A stretch of 64,000 nucleotides of DNA from NCBI RefSeq assembly GCF_000143415.4, contig NW_003314298.1, positions 603,014 through 667,013 on the forward strand, read 5' to 3'. Positions 1-11,871 of the stretch are shown one piece after another (position 1 is the stretch's first letter; each line of letters starts with the position of its first letter). The DNA is from Selaginella moellendorffii (lineage: Eukaryota; Plantae; Lycopodiophyta). Below the pieces are notes generated by a model. The model worked only from the letters and a program-made list of their open reading frames with translations, did no database searches and was not told where the DNA came from. The position numbers and the translations under genes were made by a program.

Positions 1-3000
1 TTCTTAGAAAAGCGCAACAACCACTTTTCTACACCAACTCCAGACTCTATCCAACTCAATTGCTTTAGCCCCAAAAGTTAGCATCCCTTTCGGGTCGCAT
101 CATACAAACTATCTACCAAGGTCTAAGCTAACCAAAGTCAACTCTAACCCCTTTACTAGTTTGTATTGGCTTACGAAAACGGAATGGTTTTCGAGCAAAG
201 TGATCAATAGATCAGCCATTGGAAAAGTCTAAGAAAATTTGTGGAAAATTTTCCATCCTAAAGAAAGAATGACTCTCAATCCAGAATTGCAAACTTTCAA
301 GACTCAACCACTTCCTCCTACTAACAATTCCACATAGGTTCACCTCAACACAAGTTCTCATGATCCAAAAATATGCTTAAGCATCGAACATCTTTGCCCA
401 TCTAACCGATATCCAACATCGACACCCGCAAAGTGCAAAATGAACATCTAAAGCTTGATCACGAAGACCACATCATCGGATATCCACATTGCACTAACAC
501 TCTTCTTCAACCACCTTCAAGATCCAATGTGAAGCCAAAACACTAACAAGAAAAATGACATGGAAAATCAAGCTCTAAGGAAAATTCCTCATCACTCGAA
601 TCAACAATGCCACTTCCACTAACACAAGTGCTAGCGATGTCAATGCGTCAACCTCACACCTTCTCCATCCAATAATCTACTCCAAGTGCTAACGGATCAA
701 CAGATGAGCTATAGCAAATGAATGCTACAACCCATTCCCAACACCTTAATGGGCAAACTCAAGGAACAAAGTACCAACTTAAGCTTAGCATAATGGATCA
801 CCATTGAGAATCTAGTCAAAGCTACTACAATGCTACTTCGTGCAAGTAGACTAGCTTCTCCATCAACCACTTTGGGGTTGATCATCATTTACCCAAGCAA
901 CTTCGTAAACACATTGCTCATTATCACATGGATATGATATAAATCACAATGACTTGATCATCAATCAAGCAACACTATAAGCAATGCCCATGTCACTACT
1001 GCAAAGGTTTATGTGAATATCAAGTGCTAACTCGATTTGACAAAATGCAACATAAATGCCACACCCCATCAATAGAGATTTACAACACCTAACACCACTA
1101 ACTTTTGTTCACAACACGGACAAGCTCATGCCACTATCTTTCCGACCAAACTCAACACTAATCCAACACCAAGCTACTCAAGGAGCAATAGCAAGGTTTC
1201 TCGAAAAAGAATTGAGCATTGCAACCCAAGTCTTCCAATAACAAGCTTAGACAAAATGGTTTAGCGCTTCACTGCTATCCATCCCACAACTCACCATTGT
1301 AAAACCACCATCTCCAACATGCATCAAGATAGGGACTCTTGATTGCATGATGTGAACACAAGCAATGAGTTAACACCTCGTTGCAGATCATCTCTCCAAG
1401 AAGAGAAAATGATTTACGTATTTGATCCTTCGTCCCCGATGACTCTCTTTTCGGTCTCATCTTTGACCAAACTTTAAGCTTGCTTTCGCACTGCCTTCAG
1501 TTTAATCGAAGAAAAGTTTATGAGAAAGCACGGCCATGACTACTTGAACCAATAGACTAATCCCTATGGTCTTAATTGTTCCACTTATAATCATGCCTAG
1601 GAAGGATCCACTAGTGCCATGCTAAACAGCTACGGACCAGCCTATTTGCCACTCATAGCAAACCTAGGGAGGTTTGCTTTCACCCATGGTACATGGAACA
1701 ACTTACGGAACCACTGGAACCACCGATAGGCTTACATCAATCCTGCCAACTCAAAGTGTAACCTCAAGTTGCTAATGCGCCTCACTCACGAGCCCAAGCT
1801 CAAACTCGTGCAAACGGAACATCTCCAAACCATCCTATGAGCCCAAGCGCAAGCTCACATCATAAGGTACAACAAGGTAACCCAAAACCTATCCCAAGGA
1901 ACCAATGCGAAGTCTTTGCACCAAAACGTGTACCCACTCGGATCATTGTTTTCATCTCTGCGTATGCAACGAGAATAGTTGCCCAATCTCATTGGATAGT
2001 ACTCGCCGAGACTCATTCTCTGATACCAAATGTAGCGCACGTGGTTTTGACCCTTTGTCCTATGGTGATTTACGAAGCGGAACCTAAACCCTCTTTGTGC
2101 CACGTGACAGATGCCACATGTCACATGCCACGTGTCCATAGGAACCCGAGGTTTAGGGCCTTGGGCCACTGAACGAACGATGCCAAACTCCCAAGCGTGG
2201 AGCCAAGGAGTGATGGAACCGAACCACGGAGCAACTCTCGAGCATACAGCCCAAGGAGCGAAGGGACAGGGGCCCGGAGCGACTTGGAACAGTCTTAGAG
2301 CAACCAGCATCCCAATGCCAGGACCAGCACGCAAAACGGAGCCAAACGGAGTCTGACGCTATTTCAGCATACCAGTGGCCTAACGTGAGGATATGGGTAC
2401 TCCACCTGGAATGGAACTTGGGCTTAGACCCAAGCCGGACGCAGAACAAGAACAGGCACGCAAGCAAGAGCTAGACTATGCCTCAGGTTGGTCAACCATG
2501 CCCGACCTACCCACTATCCCTACTATACATTTGGAACCCCCCATAGCCCCCCCCCCCCCCTTGAGGAACACACGCTTTGGGCTTTCACCCCAAGCCTCCC
2601 TTAATATCAGGAGTTAGTCTCTGGGACAAGCTCAAAACTTATTAAATATGGAATGTCCCTAGATTGCGAATTTGGACATGGGACGAACACCATTGTGTTC
2701 AGAACGATCTCTACATTCCGTAGATATGCCAAATGAGCAAATCTGGACACTTTCCATAAATAGCATCTGGGACAATTTGAGACTAACACAAAGGGCATGA
2801 TAGCGAGGGTGTTTGGCAGACATGGTAAGCTATCATGTAGCGATATTGAGGGACCAATCTCAATACGCAAGGGTTCTTGTTAAGCCAGTGCAAGACAGAG
2901 CAAAAGAGAACTAACAAGCCGGGCTGAGTATGCTCAGCTAAATAGACACTTAAGAATTCCTTATGCTCATCCGGCCAAGTACAGATGCAAAGTCCAGTTT

Positions 3001-3134
3001 ACTAACACTTGAACAAGAGGGACTAATAAAGGGTCCAGCAATACCGACCTCCTGCCATCGTGGCAGTAAGGTAAGAGTGTCCGTAAGGACTAGCCGACAG
3101 GTAACTTTCGATACCCGAAGTCACATTTGCGACA
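1..3134 (-). mobile_element. LTR retroelement family A (LARD-like, non-coding internal region), 5' part; continues beyond the left edge of the window
   Basis: LTR 2031-3134 reads TGTCGC...GCTACA on the - strand. It is followed by a tRNA-iMet PBS (TGGTATCAGA, 2019-2028). Bases 1-2030 are the reverse complement of 18406-20103 apart from one ~350-bp indel. No gag/pol ORF. Confidence 0.85.
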
Positions 3135-3137
3135 CTA

Positions 3138-4022
3138 TGTGACCGTATCCTTGGTCACTACACCAGAGGACTGCTCCTCTTCCTTTCCACAATCTAGGGC
3201 TTTGGGACAACATTCTAGAACACCGTGGCTCTATGTGAGCCTCATAAGTACTCTCCCCACTTTCTGCCTTTGGGTGCTCTAGCCATGGGACTAGAGTGAG
3301 TTTTTGTTGAGCCACACCAGGTATCTAAGTAGGTAGTGCCACCCACACTTGGATTGGGAGCATTGATCATTTGATCTCCTGGGGGAGCTAGAGTCGGCTC
3401 TTGAACACTTCCCCAAGCTACCCTGCTTGTCTGTCCGTATTCACTTTAGCTTTGGACTCCTCACTAGATATATCATCAACCAACACGTGGGCAAAACCTT
3501 CTTGGGTCACACTAGCCTTTCTTGGCCAAACTAGCTCTACTGGGTCTAACCCCCACACTCTCCCTATTATACTTTTGGAACCCCCTGGAGCCCCCCCCCC
3601 CCTCCCCTTGAGGATGATTGCTTTGGGCTTTCACCCAACAGCCTATATTAGTATTCGGACTCGGACTTGGACTCGATCTTGGTCCCAGTCTCGGTTCTAT
3701 CTCGGATTCCATCCCGGACTCCATTTTGGATTCTATCCAAGACTCTATCTCAGACTCCATCTCGGGTCCATCTTGGACTTCATCTCGAACTCTTCCACGT
3801 GTCATGTGTTGGTCCTCTTGTGTCCCTTTTTTAGAGACTCACTTATTGCTCGCTTCGTGCTTGTTTCTCAAGCACCTCGTTAGGAGTTCCACTCTCACTC
3901 TCGACTTTTTGAGTCGGAGCTTTTAGTCCAAATGTGTTACGCTCATTTGGCTTCTGCCTTAGCCACTACCATATGGCACCCTTTTGGCTCCTCTTTGGGG
4001 CCTAGGGATTTTGTATCTCACA
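3138..4022 (-). mobile_element. Third related LTR (family C), probably a 3' LTR
   Basis: TGTGA...TCACA termini. Contains the shared CCCTATTATACTTTTGGAACCCCC...GCTTTGGGCTTTCACCC module and GGACTC-type repeats. The flank TCCACACTACCATAGAAG resembles the PPT flank of family B at 43266. No TSD confirmed. Confidence 0.5.
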
Positions 4023-4087
4023 TCCACACTACCATAGAAGTGGACATTGGAGATACAAAATGACAATCTAGTATTGGTGGATCTTAC

Positions 4088-5508
4088 TATAAGGAACCAA
4101 CTCCCTGAGGTGTCATAGGCTAAAAGGATCCCCGAAAGCACAACTAAATTGATAAAGAGTTCATTGGATAGGATTGAGTTTGAGATCGAGTTCAAGACCA
4201 ACTCTAAGACTGAGTTCAAGATAGAGTCCAGGATCGAGTATGAGGTTGACTCCAAGACCGAATTCAAGACCGAGTTTGAGACTGAGTTCGAGATGGAGTC
4301 CGAGACCGAGTCCGAGGTTGAGTCCAAAGTCAAGTCCGAGATCAAGTCCGAGACCAAGTCCAAGGTCAGGTCCGAGATCAAGTCTGATACTGAGTCCGAG
4401 TACTAATACAGGTTGAGAGGTGAAAGCCCAAAGCGTGTGTCTCCCAGGGGGAGGGGGCTGCAGGGGGTTCTAAAAATATAGTAGGGATAGTAAGGTCTAG
4501 GAACCAGTCTTGAAAGAACTCTCCGAGTACTAATACAGGTTGAGAGGTGAAAGCCCAAAGCGTGTGTCTCCTAGGGGGAGGGGGCTGCAGGGGGTTCTAA
4601 AAATATAGTAGGGATAGTAAGGTCTAGGAACCAGTCTTGAAAGAACTCTCCAGTGGTGTTTCCAAACTAACTTGAGGTTGAAACTAGGGTCGAGGGGCCT
4701 TGGGTGGGAGTGAGCATGGACTTGGGTGGTGCTGGAGGGGCCACCCAAGGAAGTGCTCAAGAGCAGCTCCCACTTTCTGAAGGGAAACCGACTGCAGTGC
4801 TCCCGGCTCATGTGGAATGGTGCCCCACTTGAGTACCTTGTAGCTCATTGGTGTAAGCTCCTGAGTTTGGACTTCCCGGGAGGTCACCCAGCCCAGTACT
4901 ATTCAAACCCAAGGACGCTTAAGCCAAATATCCCAAGACCCTTAACCGATTGGAAAAGGGGGTGCACTCTTGTTCATGGGCCCTTTCCCTCTATATTTGA
5001 ACCCCATGGATCGTCTCTCAAGTCGTTCCCTTTAGTTGCTTACAATTGGTCCTCATGCTTGGGCCTTCACTTTAGGATGGAAGTGGGGGGGTAGAGGTAC
5101 CCATATCGGGTCGTTAGGCCATGGTGTTTCCCCTCGGCGTCCCGAAGCAAGTGTTGCACCCAAGGCTTGGGATTTAGAGGGTCTTATGATCAAGCCTTGT
5201 TGTACCAAGGGATGTTAGAAACCTGGAGGCTTGGTGTGCTTGGCTGCTTGTGCCTGCAGGGAGTGTAGTCGAACTTTAAGTCCAATTTAACTCGGGGAGG
5301 GGGAATTGGGAGAGATTTGGGAATCCATGGATAGATGGCTAACGCTTCGTTGCTTGTGCAGTGAGTAGCTGAAACCAAGTAGGACCAAATAAGAGCTGGT
5401 ACAATAAGCAGGAGCCTTGGCAAGGGAATTTAAGCAAAGGCCAAGGTAATGTTGGTTAGATAGACGAGGTAAGTTGGCAAATTGAAAAAGAAAAATTTGT
5501 AACTTACA
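4088..5508 (+). mobile_element. Solo LTR of chromovirus family B
   Basis: Reverse complement of the LTRs at 42100-43265 and 45779-46924. T(A)TAAGG...CTTACA ends with TSD CTTAC at 4083-4087 and 5509-5513. Has an internal ~128-bp tandem duplication (~4396-4651) and GAGTCCGAGATC-type repeats. Confidence 0.88.
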
Positions 5509-5513
5509 CTTAC

Positions 5514-7800
5514 CAACCCAAAAAGTCCAATAGTCTATAGGATTGTCATCAAAGAAGAGGAGATTCCTAACAAAGACATAAACAAGGAAGGAGGGCCATT
5601 TATATAGAGCTTCAAAAGACATTCATTAAGAATATCGTTCAAGACTCAAAGTTTATTCTATCAACTATAATACAGCTTGCAAAGAAAGGAATCCATACAA
5701 CTTTCACTGCTTATGGAATCCCCAAGGACAAACTAACCTTGTCAAGGGCATTGTTGTTGTGGACAGTCAACAATAAGATTCTAATTGAGAGATTTTTTTA
5801 TCAGAGAAAAATAGAAGAATCAAAGCATCCATTCCATGACCTCTCCAACTACAATCCAAATGATGGACATAAGGTAGATCACATTGTTGATGATAAACAT
5901 ACCTTAAGCAATACATCCTCATTAACATCAATGTCCAATAATCAGGAGAGTGAGGACGATGAAGACAAAAGAGATGATGACATCCAAGTGAAAGATAAGG
6001 CACAACACAAAGATAATGAAGAGGATAATAGTGAGGCAGAAAGTGACAAGATTAGTGATGAAATTCAAGATAAGAGTCCTTCCTCATCATGAAAAGAAAA
6101 AGAAGATGATGATGAACCACCACAGAAGAAGGTTAGATGTGAACTTTGGAGCAAGGTTGCAAGCAATAGTGTAGGGATGAGCTAGGGACAAAAGCCTTCA
6201 TACAAAGCAAGAAGAAAAAGTGTCACGCAATAAATAAACCAAGAGAAGGTAGAAATGAAGGCTCTAAAGAAAGGAGTAAAAGGGTGAAATATAACAACAT
6301 AGTTACAACAATAGGGGTAAAAAAAAAAACCAATGTCAATGGGACACCCTTGTTGAGGTACAAACAATACTACTTCAACGATAAAACAATCTACAAACTC
6401 CTAGTGTCTTGGTGCATCATTGATGCAGACTACAATCACTATGCTCTTTGTCCACGATGGGTGAAAACCCTCAAGGAGCTAATGATTGTACAGGAGAACT
6501 CAATGGATCTAAGTGATGCAATCCCAATCACTATGGATGAGGATGGTTGGACATTTGTCTAAAGGATAGGCAAAGAAACAACAAAAAATCCAACAATCAA
6601 ATTCATCATCATGTCTGGGTAGCACTTGACAAAAGCAATGCAAGAGATCTCTTCTAACCTGATATACATGAAGGAGATGCAGGTAAAATTCTCAATGTGA
6701 TACTTCTAAATTATGAAGGGATCAACACCACAAGATACCATCATCGAGATATCTGATCTTGCGAACACGAAGGCAAAGAACCAACACAAAAGTAGCCTCA
6801 ATGACAAGCTTGTACATAGTTGCCACCACTAGGAGAGACTCAGGAAACTTGCCAAGAAAAAGCACAGACAAAGTGAATCAACCAAATTTGAGCTAAACAT
6901 CTTTGTCTTTGCCTTGAGTGTGAGGTCACAATTGTCCACAAAAATATCTTTCTCTATTTAAGATATATAGCCTCCTCACAGTTAAGCGTTATATTAGCTT
7001 CAAGGACAAGGACAAAGAAAAGCTATTACTCCAGCCAAGTGCAACAAAGTTTCTATTGCATATGCACAATTTGTCAGATCAATACAATATGATATTGGCC
7101 CTTTAGATAGGCTCTTGAGATTTTAACCTTGAATATGCTTTGGGGAGGCTTGGTGTGCTAACAAACATATTTTGATATAAAATGCATGATGAAGACATTT
7201 GTAATGTGCTTGGTCAAATTATACTAGAAAAATCTTTCAAAATTTCAAACTCAAGATGGAAGAAATGGTGTTGAAATTTCATCTAGACATCAGTGAGTTT
7301 GAAGTTTTCATTCTAAATGACACACCAAATAAATGTTACTGTTTAAGACAGTTTGGATGTTTGCATCCTTGTTCATTTGACCCCAACAAACTAGATACTG
7401 GTGAATTATGTACTCTAGTAGACACACTCAAGAAACTTATAAAGCATAACAGATGTCTTCTCTGATATAGTTCTTATGTGAGTGATCATATTGAGGATTA
7501 GCCAATGTTCCAACAATTTTACATGTATGAGTTTTTTGAGAAGAAGTTGGAGGCAAAGGATTGGCAACTTTATTACTTATCAAAACCTCTTCAATCACAA
7601 GATATGAAATTGATTGAATTTTTGGCAAGGATCATTTTCAATAAATTAAATGAACTTACCATTTTTACACAACTATGGCTTTCAATTTGAACATTATTGG
7701 TATGTATACTGATGCACAACAAGTCACTTTTATGGATGCTATAATAGAAAAAACAATATGAAATCGAGTCAAAGATGTTACTCTATCAGATGTATCCAAA
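5514..7800 (+). pseudogene. Degenerate coding remnant, probably TE-derived, identity unresolved
   Basis: Chain of short + strand ORFs (5739-6092 acidic, 6284-6562, 7256-7465, 7505-7690) with coding-like A-rich bias and many stops. Confidence 0.3.
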
Positions 7801-8880
7801 GATGTTTCTATATATCAATAAGTTCTACCACTTATGTGATGATATGTACTATTAAGAAACAAGGTTTTATTAGCTAGAAATTTGATATAAGAGGTGAAAA
7901 TATAGTAATATACTCACATTTTAATAAATATATCTTTGGTATATCTACTTTTTTGTACATGAGTGGGTTTTGCTTGTAAAAAACTCTTATTTTATAATTA
8001 TTATTTGCGGTATAATGGGAATCAAGATGGAATATTCCTTTAATTAAGCCTAATTAATTATCTAAGTATATGTGTTTTTAGATAATATAATTAATAAAAA
8101 TTAAGAAAATGATTAATATACTAAGTGAGACTCAAAATGGTCTCACTTTAACGAAAATGGGTTTTATTGTACACCTGACAAAAACAAAAATTAACATGAA
8201 GTGTAGAGAGGAGAAATTTGTGAGCAGTAGTAGAGAATATGGCTTATCCTGAAGTTTTTTCAAAATTTCTTTTGTAGTTGTAATTTATAATAGTCACTAA
8301 AGTTTTACTTATTGTTTAATAATTATATTTCGGTAGTGTTACAGTTAAAATACAATAATACATAAACTAAATCCATAATTGGATAAACTTGATGATACTT
8401 TAGTGGCAACCACATCACCACACATAGCTCATCACTCATCTATGTAGCATCTATTTGTATTTGTATTAACTTCAATATCCTTATAGCTTTATTACTAGCA
8501 ATGTCGAAAATTAACTCTTAAACCCAATTTTCTTTAAAAATGTGAGTATGTTACCTTTACTATTTTACATCTAAGTGTTGGAATGATATTTTATACTTTC
8601 AACCAAAGCTTTGCCTAAAACTTTTGATGCACATTTTAAAATTTTTTAATCAATTATCATTATTTGTTTTACTATTATAACATAAACCATCAGAAACCTG
8701 AATAATACAACATATCACATGCAAAAAAAGAAAAGAAAAGGAATCATTCAGTTTTAATAATTAAAATATTGGCACTTGCTCTTGATGCTAGTCCTTAAAT
8801 CTCACCACCTAAGATAATTCCATCTGCACCTCTGTAATGGAGAAGGAATTTAAGGTTATTTCTCAAAAAACTTCTCAGTT

Positions 8881-11871
8881 TTACTTACGCTTTTTCACAG
8901 TGAGCTTTGGCTCCAAACACTTGCACATTTCCGTGTTCTTAACCCATCCGAACATTCTATGTGCATACGTCTTCTGAACTCGTTCTAGTTTCCTCATGTC
9001 TGCAGTAGAATCCAGAGAGATGTCGACCAGGTCTTTCACTTTGTCCTTGGATGAGAATGCATCCAAACCTGGAGTGCAAAAGAGAACATCAAGTGATTGA
9101 AAATGAAACAGCACAAACGTACCTTGAATGACCACAATGTGTTGGAGACGATCATCTGAAGCAAAATACCGTTCCCATAACTTGAATACCGGGTGTGATC
9201 TATCCGCATCATAGCCTTTTCTCCATCCCTGAAGGCCTTTGCATTCCGGATGAGCGTCATGGAGAGCCATTGCCATGGACTGATTTGCAGGTGTCTTCTT
9301 CAGCAATGCTTCTCTGACAAGTTTCCTAGTTCTGTAACGAACACTGCTGGAAGGCACATGGGCCACATTCAAAACCAGACTGGCGTATGGCACCTTCAAC
9401 CCAGTCCAACCTTGAGGCCCTGCACTGCTACTCAACATCTGAGAAAACTCCAGAGAGCATTTAGCACATGCTAAATCAACATCAAGGTTCTCTGTGTGTT
9501 TCACCTGCACCAAAATGAGTGTCATCGTCTCCAGGCTAAACGTGTCACCAAAGAACCCAACGATGACGATGTCTATGCCCCATTCATTTTCACGGCAAAT
9601 GATTCCCATGCCAGCCTTTCCAAATTCAAGCAAATCTTTTGCGGTGAGGTCCTGCAGTCGGAAGTCGGCTTTCCTGAATAGCAAGCAAAAAAACTTGGCT
9701 TCACCCATGTTTCTGTGGATTTCTTCTTTACCACTTCCATCTGCTTGTTTTGTTTCCCCTTCACCTTCAGCAATGTGCGTACTTCCACTTGGAGCTTTCA
9801 AGGCCGTCAGCGTTGGAGATGGCGACTTCACCTCAGGTGGCGGCGTGTTTACTTTGACCTGCGCTTTTTCTCCTGGAACTTTGGACAGGGACGCTGAAGC
9901 CACCTGCGGCTGACCCTGAAGTTTTTTGTTTACTTTAACCCTGCTTCTCCTTGTGCTACGCTTCAAAGCAGAGGCCGGAGGTGGCGGCATGTTTACTTCG
10001 ACCTGCGCTTCTTCTCCACCACCTGGAGCTTTGGGGGTCGAAGATGCTGAATTCTGCTCATCTTCTCTAATAAGATCGGACAGCGACTTCCCACTTAAGC
10101 CATGGCAAAGCTCGTCAAAAGTAAAGCACTTCCATGAATTTCTGCCTAGACTATCCACTGCAAGTAGTAGCAGCACCCGTGCAACCAACTCGCCCCTATA
10201 ACCTCGATCAACCCATCCACGCTTCATCCCAGTTACAAGTGCCTCCAAGCACTCCTTCCACCCTGTCCCAGAACGCAAAACCTGTGCTGCAGCCGCTGCA
10301 ACCAGTGGCTCCGTAGCCCAATGCGTCCAAACAAGAGTGTGGTCATCAGAAATGGACATCACGCTAAGTAGGTGACTTGCAACCATATCAGTGATAATTG
10401 TGGCATGCGGATTGATGTCGATGCATACTCTGCAGCCCAGTGTAGCCAGACAAGCCTCATGTGATAGACCTCCTCCTTCAAACAAAAACTTGTTGAACGA
10501 ACCAGTGCCACCCAGGAGCTTATCTACAGCCAAAAGCAGCACGTCACCTGCACTTGCGGAAGCCTTCACCAATGCTTGCCACAGTGGCCGACCATAGCCG
10601 CAAAGACGACCCAGATCTTCAACTTGAGCAAGCAAAAGGCCACCTGTTTGTTCGTCCGATGGCAAGTCTGCCAAGAAAAAGCAGTACGCTGGATGTGCAA
10701 CTAGCTTTCCCGCCGCAGCCACTCGATCGCTACTAAACCCTAAACCAGATGCCTTATTGGGCGGCGCAAAATTGTTTAGCCTCCCGGTGAACATCACCGA
10801 CACACTTCCATTTTCAGGCAACACCCTGGAAGCCCTCCTTGCAGGAACAAATGCAGCAACAGTTGTCGGATCAGCATGCGAAGTAAACCATCGGGCTTCA
10901 TCCATGGCAAACAGGACCTTCAGTTTTCCTTTGGCAGGAGCTGGAACATTCGACAGTAGACCTTCAAGCGTGTTGTACTTCTTAAACACCTTACTTTCCC
11001 AGATGCCCCAGATATTGGTTTTCTCGCCAGGCTTCTCTTTCAGGTCGACGTCAAGGCGATTAGCAAACTCCTCCCGGGCTTGGTTTCCTATCTCCATCTT
11101 CGCCTGTACCAGTCCCCAAAAGTTCTCCCCAACCATGAGATCGTTCAAGAACTTCTTGGCATCCATGGGGTCTTCCCCGGAAGTCAGCTGCAGAAGAGCC
11201 TCGATGCATGACACAAAGTAGTCAATGCAGAAGAGCATGAACCTGCTCTGCGACAAAAGCGGAGGACCCGAGCTGAGCAATTTGATGGCGTTTGTGTAGA
11301 AGAAGTCCGCAAAGGCAGACCTTGGAGGGTACGCGGTGCCAGATGAAGCGAATGAGCAGTAGATGACGAACACACCTACATTCGCAAGCTCGCAAGTAGT
11401 CCTCGACTTTCCCCAGCCACTCGACTGAACTAACGTGACAACAGGTGCTATCATGGTTTTCTCCGTCTTCCACATGTCTCCTGTTTCTTCCAGCTTTTCA
11501 CGCAACGACTCCACGTTGTCTAATCCCCCAACTCTTTGGTACTCCTGCGCAAATGCTGATTCGGCAATACCCTCCACTCTTTTCAAGTATTCAGGTGGCG
11601 GCTGAAGGATTTCAAGGAGCTCGCGTTCCAGTTTCGACTCATCCTCCTGGAGTTGACTTGCCCGCATTTTCTCTGAGGCTATCTGCTCCTTTAGTTCGGC
11701 ATCCTCCGGGGCTTCCCACAATTTGTAGTTAAGGATTGCAATTTCCGTAAGTGCCCTCTGCAGACGAATTTTCACAAGAGCAATCTCACCTCGTTTAAGT
11801 CGCTTTTTCTCCTCCTGCTCTCCCTCTTCATCCGGCTCTCGCCGACGCTTTCTAGATGAAGAGGCGTCCAT
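8881..11871 (-). CDS. Crinkler (CRN)-type protein: N-terminal coiled coil + P-loop NTPase + C-terminal PD-(D/E)xK restriction-endonuclease-like domain
   Basis: 996-aa ORF with Walker A-like LVQSSGWGKSR, Walker B-like VLFAMDEAR, GRPLW, GYRGELVARVLLLLAVD and the REase-like GIDIVI...LILVQVK. Probable in-frame 54-nt intron at 9069-9122 (GTACGT...TCCAG). Confidence 0.75.
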   Translation of the reverse strand: MDASSSRKRRREPDEEGEQEEKKRLKRGEIALVKIRLQRALTEIAILNYKLWEAPEDAELKEQIASEKMRASQLQEDESKLERELLEILQPPPEYLKRVEGIAESAFAQEYQRVGGLDNVESLREKLEETGDMWKTEKTMIAPVVTLVQSSGWGKSRTTCELANVGVFVIYCSFASSGTAYPPRSAFADFFYTNAIKLLSSGPPLLSQSRFMLFCIDYFVSCIEALLQLTSGEDPMDAKKFLNDLMVGENFWGLVQAKMEIGNQAREEFANRLDVDLKEKPGEKTNIWGIWESKVFKKYNTLEGLLSNVPAPAKGKLKVLFAMDEARWFTSHADPTTVAAFVPARRASRVLPENGSVSVMFTGRLNNFAPPNKASGLGFSSDRVAAAGKLVAHPAYCFFLADLPSDEQTGGLLLAQVEDLGRLCGYGRPLWQALVKASASAGDVLLLAVDKLLGGTGSFNKFLFEGGGLSHEACLATLGCRVCIDINPHATIITDMVASHLLSVMSISDDHTLVWTHWATEPLVAAAAAQVLRSGTGWKECLEALVTGMKRGWVDRGYRGELVARVLLLLAVDSLGRNSWKCFTFDELCHGLSGKSLSDLIREDEQNSASSTPKAPGGGEEAQVEVNMPPPPASALKRSTRRSRVKVNKKLQGQPQVASASLSKVPGEKAQVKVNTPPPEVKSPSPTLTALKAPSGSTHIAEGEGETKQADGSGKEEIHRNMGEAKFFCLLFRKADFRLQDLTAKDLLEFGKAGMGIICRENEWGIDIVIVGFFGDTFSLETMTLILVQVKHTENLDVDLACAKCSLEFSQMLSSSAGPQGWTGLKVPYASLVLNVAHVPSSSVRYRTRKLVREALLKKTPANQSMAMALHDAHPECKGLQGWRKGYDADRSHPVFKLWERYFASDDRLQHIVVIQGTFVLFHFQSLDVLFCTPGLDAFSSKDKVKDLVDISLDSTADMRKLERVQKTYAHRMFGWVKNTEMCKCLEPKLTVKKRK

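Noticed and set aside
3959-4406. S/D/E-rich ORFs (also 3512-3926, 42900-43214, 46571-46873)
   Set aside because: They are translations of 6/12-bp GGACTC-type repeats inside LTRs.
7256-7690. Ulp1-like protease of a Mutator element
   Set aside because: Only a vague PxxQQxxxYE resemblance; the catalytic His/Cys residues are not recognisable.
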